A stretch of 64,000 nt of DNA. Origin: Bugula neritina (taxonomy: Eukaryota; Animalia; Bryozoa). The translations under genes were made by a program, and so were the position numbers. This document shows positions 11,701-22,400 of the stretch, in pieces (the stretch's first letter is position 1; every line of letters starts with the position of its first letter). The stretch is taken from NCBI GenBank assembly GCA_964035545.1, contig OZ037768.1, positions 15,669,875 through 15,733,874 on the forward strand, in the 5' to 3' direction. Under the pieces are notes generated by a model. It searched no databases. It saw nothing but the letters and a program-made list of their open reading frames with translations, and had not been told where the DNA came from.

Positions 11701-13969
11701 CTTAGTATTCTGTTATATGAGAAATCAAAAAAATAGTTACTTTATACATTTCTTAATTTACTGGTATAAAATACATTGAAAAAAAACACAGCTAATATAT
11801 TCCCAAATTTTACTTAGTAAGAATAATTGTCTATAACAAGATTGTAAAGCCAAAGTTTATAAGTATGAAAGTTATAAAATATATATTAAACTCTATGTAA
11901 CACTTATAGGCCAAAACTAGAACTGCATCTTTACATAAATACATTGGTGATATTTTTGTATTGTGATTATAGACAATATGGCACAAAATGTGCAGGATGC
12001 AATGAAGGAATCTCGCAGAACGAATTAGTTAGAAAAGCCAAAGACCAAGTCTACCATTTGAAGTGTTTTATATGTCTGACATGCCAGAAACAACTTTCCA
12101 CTGGAGAAGAGCTTTATATTTTGCCTAATCACAAATTTCTATGTAAATCTGACTATTTGAACAGCAAAAGTAAAGAAGGTATTTATAAATTTCTATAAAT
12201 ATTTTTGTAGCTACATATCTAATAGCTTCATGAACCAATATAAACTTATTTTAAGGGTTGACAATGCATATTTCATTATTAAATTATTTAATTACATGCT
12301 ATTTATACAAATTTTACAATTCATAATCTGTAACAGGTGGTCTATCAACATTCTTAAGATTTTGCATAGCATTTCAGGCAATCATTTTGAAATTGATGAA
12401 TTGAACCTTATACTTATTGACAAAACTCAGGCAAATAATATTTTTTAGGTTTTTTGCTATAACACTGCAAAACAAATAAAGCATGGGTATTTTTAGAGTG
12501 GTGTCCTGTACCTTATCAAAATTTTGATAATAGTTAAAGTTTTTGGTTCATAGATTGTACAGTAGAGCGTATAGACTATTCAATCATACATGAGTATGAT
12601 ATTCTTGTTTGTGAGCTCAAAATATTGTGTGTTGAATAGCATTCGGAAGTAACACATGCTATTGAGGGTCACTTGACACTTCCTATTGCTGGAAACATAA
12701 CACCTTCTCTCTGCTTTTCTCTTTACCTTCTCTCTTTCATCACAAGCTTACTGCAATCAGTTTCTTTCTACAGCTCGTAAAATACTAATAAAAAATACAC
12801 AATTTTTTGAAAAACTAGTGAAGAGAATTTTAAAAAAGTGTGGCATATTTTATTGCTGAGTTCTTGCTTGTGTGGCTTAAGTATTCTCAGCCTAAATAAC
12901 ACAGAAACACCCATTGAGTGTGGTGCTAGATAAATATTTAATCATATTCCAGTAGGTATATATATTACTTGATACTCAATACTAAATAGATAATCCAATA
13001 GTGGCTTTTATGCATCCAGTGAACTACAGCCACGGTAATCACACCCAACCTGTATCTGCTTTTGTATCAACTCTGCAATATTTAGACAAACTATTTATTT
13101 ATTGTGTATCATCAAATATTCTCTGCTCTGACTCAAACAATTCTTAAATCAATCTATTGGTTTTTTCTAACCATATTCGCCATTAAACTTCTAGGCATTT
13201 TTAAAATCTATACATTTGCACACATTTAAATCAGTGAAACTCATAACAATATTTTATCAATAACATTTGACAGCTTCATTGAAACAGCAACATTATAAAA
13301 TGTTTGCCTTTGGCAAAGTAATGCAAATAGTATTTTAGTTTTTTGCCACTATTTATGTTTGCCGTATTAGTCATATTCACTCAAAAAAGTTTTAATCATC
13401 AACTTCATGACTACGAAAACTTTTTGGAAGATTTTATGCTAGTTAATTATATATTTATCTTCTTTATACTAAATATAACTTATCTTTGACTGAATAATCT
13501 TGCAGTTACTTATATTTGGTCGAAAATACTATTTTGTAGGATCATCTACTTCAGACCTAGAGGACATTGATGAATCAGCATTTGAAAATGAAACGATGGA
13601 AGCAATCTCAGAAGCTGGTGATATTTCTGATAAAGAACAGAGTTTTGATGGAGATACTATTACATCACCCCAAACTGAAGATGGGTGTAAAGATGCTGGG
13701 CATGAAATACATAGCAACAATAACCACGAACTCATGAATTGTAATAATTCAAGCAGTGATAAAGATGAAAGTAACTCTGTAGATGATGTTAATGGTAATA
13801 AAAGAAGAGGTCCAAGAACAACAATCAAGGCAAAACAGTTAGAAGTATTAAAGTCAGCATTCACCACTACACCAAAACCCACCAGGCATATCCGTGAGCA
13901 ATTAGCAGCAGAGACTGGTCTAAACATGAGAGTGATACAAGTAGGCAATCACACTATGTCGTCAACATA

Positions 13970-14018
<49 letters not shown>

Positions 14019-17000
14019 CGCACACACGCACACACGCACACACGCACACACGCACACACGCACACACGCACACACGCACACACGCACACACGCACACACG
14101 CACACGCACACACACACACACACGCACACACAATAAAATTATTGTCGATTTAAATTTATTGAGGTATTTCCTTGTTATTATTTAATTTCAATCCCATTTC
14201 TAATTTTTCAATAGGTTTGGTTTCAAAATAGAAGATCAAAGGAACGGAGATTAAAACAGATGAGTACTATGGGGCCAAGAAGATCATTCTTTGGTAGAGG
14301 TTCAAGGAGAATGAGATCAGGAGGTCATGGTATAGATGACAGTCCAGAGATGCCTCCGCCATATGGATTCTATCCACCAGGTCCGTCAGAATAAAAATAT
14401 TATTTTTACTCAATTTTACTTTTACAGGCTTTTGGCAATATTAGCAAGTCTGCCCATTGAAAAACTTCTGCATGCTTTCCGTTTCAAAATTTTATAAAGC
14501 CTTAGCAATTTTGTGTTCATGTAACTATTTACAAGCTAAGAGTTTTTAATTGTAAATTAATAATATTTGAAAATCTCTGGTGGATGTAACTATCTAGGCA
14601 CTTGGGTTAGTAATTACCTCTTTGAGGTAAACTGTACAATACAGCTTGTCAGTTTTGATCTTCTACTTCCTATACCTTATAGCATTTCAGACTTAGTATC
14701 AAGTTTTCTTTCCACAAAATACATAAAAGCAGAGCATATTTTAGCTTAAGCAAGCAGTTTCTACTTTCAAAATTAGTAAAATATGTCTTATATAAATACA
14801 TATATACGTATATTTTTATACTAAATTAAATAACAATGAGTGAGTTTTAACTGAAAGTCGTGTGACAAAGTACCAAGCAAAATACACAATAATTTGTATA
14901 CTTTTTGAGACTAGTTCAACTTGAATCTAATTTACTCATCTGATTGTGTCATTAAAGACAGCCCTCAGGGCTCTAACATTATCTTCTGCTACTTGAGCGC
15001 ATGTACTGCTATTGTGTAAATTGTTTAAGATGACACGAGCTCAAGTGGCAGTGCAAGCTATCAGCCAATCTTTTCAAAATTGATGGCAAAATCTGTGAGC
15101 AGCTGCTTTTTGAATTCAGCTACAAAATTATATACTGATGAATAGAAATGTGCTATAATTACACAATTGATGAGCAAAAGAAATTGCAAAGAGAAAATAT
15201 ATTTGATAATTACATGCAGCGTGTTTGTTTAAAATATGATTTTTATCTGAATATAATGAATGTCCTTTACCAAACTGGTCATAATTATTTGTTTTTGGAA
15301 ACTCTCCGCATTCGTGGGCCAAATGAACCCTGTGGGCTGATGAATGCAGGAAAGCATAAATGTGTGGAAGTAGGATGCTATTATAGCCAGACATCAAAGC
15401 TCCATCTCTTCATATGTCATACTTGGTATAAGTATGTGTGATAGGCTCAACCTCTACATATTTAACTGACAATATTTTGGCTTCTGATCATTCATAGATT
15501 ACATATTATGAGTAGGGAGATAAAAAGTTTCTATCTGGTCTTAGAGTTGAAGGTGTAACATAATTGACATAATGTCTTGATAACATCTTTATCATATATC
15601 TAAATGGCCAGCTAAATGTTAAAATTCTGTGCCCCTCACTCTTTGTGCTACTATAAGGGCGCTTTCGGATTCCAACCAAAAAAAAATTTAGTTTGAAAGT
15701 TTTTTTGGAAATATCATCACCTATAAACACGAAAACCAAGATTTAGCCAGTTTTAGCCATTATTCACACATTCTTTGTAAAGAATTGTTCAGACTACTTT
15801 CACTGAGTTTAAAGTTTTGGTAGAGTTGCAACTCAATACTTTAATCGCTAGATTAACCACTATAGTAAAAATAAAGTAGCTGAAAATATTGTGCCTTTAC
15901 CAAGTAATATCAACAAATTTGGTTACAAAGAACAATTGTGAATAAAAACCACTGCATTTATTAAAACAGTGTGGTCTTATTTCAACATGACATTTTGTAT
16001 ACAATTTTAGTTTCTATACAGTCTCCATAAAATACTAAACAAACATGGCTGTCTTGCTCAAAGAAATAGGAGAGTAAAACTTTACACTTCGCCCCTACAA
16101 TGTTTTATTTTCTATAGAAGAACAGTTTGAATGTTGTTTACTTTTCCATAATAGAATGAGCTAAGACAAAAGTTTGATGGCCACCAATTCATAGGGTTTC
16201 AAACACCTTGTCAGTTGAAATTCAGTGCATCGGCCAATCAATGTCTTTTGTAAAGCAATCTTTACATAGTGGTGCCAATTTTACAACAGGCTTTGTTAGC
16301 TTTGCCAATCACAGCCTTAAGGGAACAAAAGATTCTTGTTTGTATATATGTATACGCATCTAATCGATTCATTTCTATTTACTGCTTTATATATGATAAC
16401 AGTGAAAGAGTTTTTATTTAAGATAATAATGTTCCATATCCATAGTGTATAATGATCCTATTTGACAAATCTTCCATATAATATACTGTATTTATCTGCT
16501 CCCCTCCCCCCAGACATTTCATTACTTCATTACTTTTCTAACAAAATGAGTAAAACATTTTAGTTCTATTTTTTCAACTATAGTGAAAATATCTTATTAA
16601 AATCAAAAACAGTAGTACTAAAAACTGTGACTGCAGTCAAGCTAGTGGCCGAAACAACTTTTTGTAAGAAATGTTATAATTTAGTTAAATAAAAGTATTC
16701 AAGTATGACTTTCTTTACAGAACAAGAAGGGTATTACAACAGCCTATATCAGCAGTACCCAGACTTCTACCCCAGTCAGCAACCGCCCCCAACCGAGTCA
16801 TTTATAACTAGTGTAAGTGGAAGCAGTTTGGAAATGAACCAGATAGCCCACCAAGGTAAAATACTTTACCTATGGTTTTTGTTATTTAGCATTTAATAAT
16901 GGAACATGCTTTTATTAATTTAGGCCTAAAAAACCATTATTTTTTATTTTTTCTTAGGAAACACTGTAACTAACAACAATTAATTCACCAAATAAATCAT

Positions 17001-18174
17001 TGTTTGTCAATTTACCTAGATAAAGAAAATAAATGCTTAAATTATGCTAAAGCTGAAAAAAATATGCAAATTGATAAAAGTATTTGCTTGACTGGATAAT
17101 TTTTCTTTTGCTTGAATGCAATTTATATAACACATGCGATGGAAATTACTGTAGCACTAGATTGATTTTATGGTTTAGGAGAATGTTTCGATGACAATTA
17201 ATAGTGCCAAGTTATATCTAGATTCGGCAGTATGCCAGATCAAATCACTGGCTTGCCACTTCAAACACTAACAGCTTTTAGTTCCTCTACTGAACAATTA
17301 TTACTATTACACACCAACTACATTTTAATAGTGCAGCAGAATTACAAGTAACACAAAATACCCCTCCCAATTTCAGTTACTTAAGGCACATATTATAATG
17401 GAGCACTTCAACTTATTGACTAGCATAACTCAAAGAATCTGAAGAATACCTAAAAATCAATTCATAAGGGAATTTTTAGTGCAATTTTATTATTTTAAAT
17501 TCACGGATACATGCCAACTATTATTTCAAGTCATCCATTAGATTCCAAAGGCTGCCTCTTTAGTTTCTAGCCGATGATGACAATTTACTGAGAAAATCGA
17601 TTGAAATGTTGATGTTTTTATGCATCCGCTATGTGAATAGATTTAAATGTCAGGTGGCCCTGTGCACTCTGTTAGTATTGCATAAAGGAAGGTTAGCCAA
17701 GTCCGTAGAGAAACATCAGCATCTTGAAAAAACGCTGTCAACATTTATCAAACACGATTTCTTTAAATGCAAGCATCTAAACCAAGTTCTTTGGAGTTAT
17801 TAGGCCAAATATCTTGCCATTTGTATTTGTTCTGTACATTATAATGCTTAGGAATAAGCATCTTACATCACTACCAAATAATTGTTCAACCACCCACTTG
17901 GCTAAAATTAGACAGGTTTCTCAGCCATTTATGTGGGAAGAATCAGTCTAATAATATATCAGATATTTAGAACTAAAATGTAATGAATATAACAAGAAAA
18001 TACATTACACTCTTTCACTTTGTAGGAATAAGAGAAAATGGGTTCATACCAGATGTAATGGGTCAGACCAGTCCTGACATAATACCACCTACAATGAGTG
18101 ATGCTAGCTTCACCAACAGAGTCTCTGCTTACAACACACTACCTCACCATCCACAACCAATCGAGTCTTGGTGA
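8539..18174 (+). CDS. Lhx1/5: LIM-homeodomain transcription factor, Lhx1/5 (Lim1/lin-11) class; spliced CDS join(8539..8714,11973..12178,13540..13940,14215..14380,16721..16855,18026..18174), 1233 nt, ~410 aa
   Basis: Two LIM domains ([22 protein letters not shown]...C; [17 protein letters not shown]...YHLKCF). Homeodomain [20 protein letters not shown]...[23 protein letters not shown]|[15 protein letters not shown] is diagnostic of Lhx1/5. The protein ends in W (IESW*), as vertebrate Lhx1/5 do. All five introns are GT-AG with matching phases (2,1,0,1,1). Confidence 0.95.
11973..12178 (+). CDS. Lhx1/5: Lhx1/5 coding exon: LIM domain 2
   Basis: TATAG|ACAATAT acceptor; [50 protein letters not shown]...FLCKSDY; donor AAG|GTATTT. 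Confidence 0.93.
13540..13940 (+). CDS. Lhx1/5: Lhx1/5 coding exon: acidic linker and homeodomain up to the start of helix 3
   Basis: TTTGTAG|GA acceptor; ...[47 protein letters not shown]; donor CAA|GTAGGC. Confidence 0.93.
13972..14131. repeat. Compound (CA)n / (CACG)-interrupted microsatellite in the Lhx1/5 homeobox intron
   Basis: Direct reading. Confidence 0.95.
14215..14380 (+). CDS. Lhx1/5: Lhx1/5 coding exon: homeodomain helix 3 and downstream region (not in ORF track)
   Basis: AATAG|GTTTGG acceptor; [37 protein letters not shown]...PPPYGFYPP; donor CAG|GTCCGT. Confidence 0.92.
16721..16855 (+). CDS. Lhx1/5: Lhx1/5 coding exon: Tyr/Pro/Gln-rich C-terminal region
   Basis: TTTCTTTACAG| acceptor; [28 protein letters not shown]...; donor CAAG|GTAAAA; phase 1-1. 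Confidence 0.8.
18026..18174 (+). CDS. Lhx1/5: Lhx1/5 terminal coding exon
   Basis: TTTCACTTTGTAG|GA acceptor; [18 protein letters not shown]...HHPQPIESW*; AATAAA at 18315-18320. Confidence 0.8.
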
Positions 18175-18314
18175 CCCACAGTGTTTTTAACGCTTTCTAA
18201 CCAACCTCTACTCTTAAAATCTGCTACATATAAACTGGTGCACTGATTACCATGCTGAATAAGTTATGAAAAACAAGATCATTATGCCATAGTTTACCCA
18301 CCATTTATGTATGA

Positions 18315-18320
18315 AATAAA
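18315..18320 (+). promoter_or_regulatory. First candidate polyadenylation signal of Lhx1/5
   Basis: AATAAA ~140 nt after the stop codon; the AT-rich background weakens it. Confidence 0.35.
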
Positions 18321-19307
18321 GGTGACAAAATATGTTGCATATTTTAATTTGTGCTGTGGTAGTAATTAAAACAAAATTTTACTCATGATATTGTTGAACA
18401 ACTTCATTAGTCAGAAATGTATATTTTTACTTAAAATAATCCCAGTATGTTGGAAGACCAAAGAGATTCATTTATGAAGTGTAGAGAGCAGAATTTATAG
18501 TTATATTTATATTGTAATTAAGCAGCAAGATCTCATAACTACTTTATCAGCATTCTATACTTGCTAATAGCCATGACCTGGTTTTAAAATAGCTCTACTC
18601 CTATAGTTTCGTATTGTGTGAATATTTATTATTTTAAAATTTTGTGTCACTTTCATTGTTTAGCTGTCTGTTAGTAATTTTTGTAATTTTTTAAAGTAAA
18701 TTGCATGTAGATAAAATAGTTTAATGCTTCATTATTAAGTATAATTATTTTGTCTAGTGAATGCATATTCTGATAACAAAATAAAGTAGCTGAACATTGA
18801 ATTTTTAAGAATATTACAAGGCTTTTGTTTAAAGAAATGCAAAAAGCGATAGTGCAAAAAGAACAGTTACTATAAAATAGTTTATTATTCTTCATATACA
18901 ATATCAATTATGTTTAAACCAGAAATGAACCATATGGACACATAATATAAACTCATCATGTCGGCAAAGTGCATGGTAGTGAACATTCACAATGAAGTAT
19001 TTTGCTTATGTATATATTTATATTTAAATTTGAGCAGAACATACTGACTGCAGTCAGATACAAGAAATTCACAATACAAATGTTAACACTAAGTGGTCTG
19101 CAAGACTGTCTGGTATCTCAATATTTGCAATAGTTTATATAGTACTGTGATGAAATAATAAAAACTGTCCAACCCAGCCAATTGATAGGCAAACATAGAC
19201 AGCTATGGTATGATCTTTATATTATTGTCTGTGTATGGTATATCACATAAAACAAGTAAAACAAATAAGAGTAACTTGAAGGACAGTTTGAGGGCTGAGT
19301 TGTTCAA

Positions 19308-19410
19308 TTAAGCCAGACCGAATCCTTCAGAGCACTCGTTGATTACTAGTAACAGCATTTTCTTGAGCTTGTCATAAGTTTCATAGGCAGGCAAGTCAAG
19401 CTGATTGAAA
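19308..19410 (-). CDS. HUWE1: HUWE1 terminal exon
   Basis: (C)[33 protein letters not shown]; CAG| acceptor at 19411-19413. Confidence 0.95.
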
Positions 19411-22400
19411 CTGCAATAAAGCAATCAAATATTCTAATTAACTAAAAGAATACAATGTAAAATATTATTGGAAACCGATAAGCTAGAAAATTACTATACT
19501 TCTTTCTCCTTTCCCCTTCGGATATTATTAGAGGGTTTTCCAAAACAAATTTCTGAACAGCAATTTTATAATCACAATGCTAATACAGCATGATAATAGA
19601 ATATCTTAGTTGCATTTCAAACATTACTGCACCCACCGATATAATAACCAGCATTTGCATATACTGCTTTTCAGCACAGACTGGGAAGTAAATAAAAGCA
19701 GTAGAGACAATAAATTCTGTGAATGCCAGGGTGACTCATCCCTACATCTCACAGTCTAAATCAAACCCAACCCTAAGTTTACTATCTTACAACAAGGTAC
19801 TGAAACGTCTGACAGCTCTTCTTCAACTCTTCTCCGAGTTTAGCAAGATTGATTATGCATTTAATGACCGTTGCTCAGAGCTTGGGAAAGACACAAAGCA
19901 TGATTGATGTAGCTACTAATTCCAGCCCATAGGAAATGCTGCATATATTTATGTATACAAAAAACATTTAATGGGGGTCTTGACTAAATTAATAATGTTT
20001 CGTAGTGCAGAGAGCAAGACACTGGAGTTCAGAAGCCAAGAGATATAGCAATGTCTATATCACCTGAACTGTCAACATGAGAAAATACAAAATCATTGGT
20101 TGTCGTTAGATTGCACCTAGCCAGCAGCGCTTGGTTTCCCATTGTCATGCCTGTGACTAAGGCCCCATACTTGTACAAAGTTGAGGTAGGCGCAATAATA
20201 GAAAATTGAGAAAAGCCTGTGTTCTAAAAACTTAACAAACTCACACCAAACCAAAATTTATAAAGAAAACTAAGAACATAGGTCATTGAAATTTCTCCAC
20301 AACCCACCTAGATGACAATTTACCACAGAAGTAAGTGCTGTAGAAGTAAGTTGCCACCTACAGAGTGTTACTACCTACCAGGTGTGAGCGCAAGGCAGTC
20401 TGTCAGTGGACCTGTCATCTCTATGTATTTGAAATTTCTGAGTTCCATTCATGCCTTCCAAGTAAGCAAAGCCCTGAAGTGGCACTTTTGAAGTACCAGT
20501 TACAAACTGCAAGAACTTGGCTCTTTCCCCCTGGTCAAACGAGCGCAGTGCTCTCCAAAACCACACAATCTGAAATAGGATGCAAGAATTGTGTAAGGTC
20601 TGCACGTTGCGTATTATGCCAGGCTATAATATCATTAATTCTCTACAGCTAAGAGATATATCCATTTGGTAGGTTTACCCAAACACAAGTATTCCCTAGT
20701 TGTTTGTTTACTAAGAAAGATTATAGAACAAGCCCTTAAATGTGGAAATAGAATTTTCTTTCTAAGTTTTTTCCATTTATGAAACTGGTCTACCAAAATT
20801 CAAAGACTAGACTGAGAGCCCTCTTTGAATAGAGTAGGCTGATGGTGGCAGCATAACTCAACTAAACAACATTTAGACAAAACTAATGACATAATGAAAT
20901 ATCTTTGGATTTTGGCCAATGAAAACTAATTGTGTGTTACTGGATGCCAGTCATTAGTAGCTTTTTAATTGACTAAGTGTTCATGTGTTAGTTGGCTGTT
21001 CATTTGCGAGTTTCATGTTACAGAAACATTCAACTTTAAATTGCAGTTTACATGTAATTCCAGATTATCTAACTAGTACCATAGAATAACCAACTGGCAA
21101 GAACTGCATGCAGGTAGTAGAATTAAATGGCTGTGACATTTGTGGACTCAGATTACCCCAGACTGTCAACATGTATATTACCTGACTTGTCTCTCAGGTT
21201 GGCAGCAAAGCCTAGCCTGACAATTCAATTCTCTAACACCTTAGAATAACCTTTTTAGATTATAAAAAGCAGTAGAAATTGAGATCTCATGTTCCTCAAC
21301 ACTAATCATTGTAACTTCTAAATGTTTAAATAGTTTAATATTAAAAAATATATAAGGCAACAGAAAAATTACAATATATCTAGATTAAAGTGATTTAGCT
21401 GCTAATGAGATTACTGCATTCTAATTATGAATGTTAATACAATATTTCTACAAGACAGTTTCAGGGGGCATGCTCATCCCATTTTCATCGTACAAACTTG
21501 ATAAAAAACCCTTAATTCTTGTTGAATAGTTGAGAAAGAGAGGTAGAAACCATAGTTATAGATTGATAGAACTGACTGGTGAGAGTGTGTTGGAAGGGAG
21601 TTGAGATATTAAAGATAGAGAGAAGCAATGAAAGAGTGAGAGATGAGCCAGACAGGTGATCCAGAGATTAACGGGGAGATAATATAACTGCAGCAACACA
21701 TATCAAGTATCTTTTATCACCATCAGCATCTCTGACCATGAAAAAAATCATATCGTTAATTGACTCCTTTCTGGCAATGCCATGGTGAACCAACACACAG
21801 TTGAAATATGAAAGTGAGAATTCAGAATATAAAGCGCAGAATAAAAGAGCCAACAACCAGTCATGCTCACACCATTATAATCCCTTAAACTAATTAAGGT
21901 TATAATTTATTGCAATTTATCAATACTTTCAGCAGTAAGAATCCCTACAGCTTACAGTTGAATTTTCAGTTTTGAGCTGGCAATATGAGCTAATTGAAAT
22001 ACACGACAACTTCATGTAGCCTCTATTTGTTTAGATTTCTAATGGGTAGGCTACTATTTTTTCTGTAGGAAAAAGTGTAATACCACTAGCTGACTAGCTC
22101 ATCCACAACTACATTCTCCAGGTGTGGCTGAAAGACTCAATGACAGCCAAGTAGCTTTCATATATTTTTCTAAACACACAGGCAGTTAGACTCAACTCAT
22201 ATTGGTATTCTTGCTTTGACTAGTAATAATGAAATAATTTCACCTTTTTTGTTGATCACCAAAAAAATCAAAAAAGCTGCATAAATGACATTATTTGATG
22301 ACAGCAAATATTAAAACCTATAACTTATGCTGATAAAAGACATTAGCACAGAAGTACTTAGGATTGTTGAGCTTGCAGGCAGATTACACCAAAATACATA

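Noticed and set aside
13529-13948. 139-aa minus-strand ORF (also 8535-8729, 44439-44945, 41071-41409, 56108-56446 and similar)
   Set aside because: Antisense shadows of real Lhx1/5 or HUWE1 exons with no independent protein features
15325-15370. Hammerhead-ribozyme-like CTGATGA followed by a short stem (also 27700-27745 on the minus strand)
   Set aside because: GAAA, the UH cleavage site and stems I/III cannot be arranged correctly
15128-15739. 77-97 aa ORFs in Lhx1/5 intron 4 (and 24854-25446 in a HUWE1 intron) as nested genes
   Set aside because: No recognisable domains, composition typical of AT-rich noncoding DNA, and no consistent splice structure
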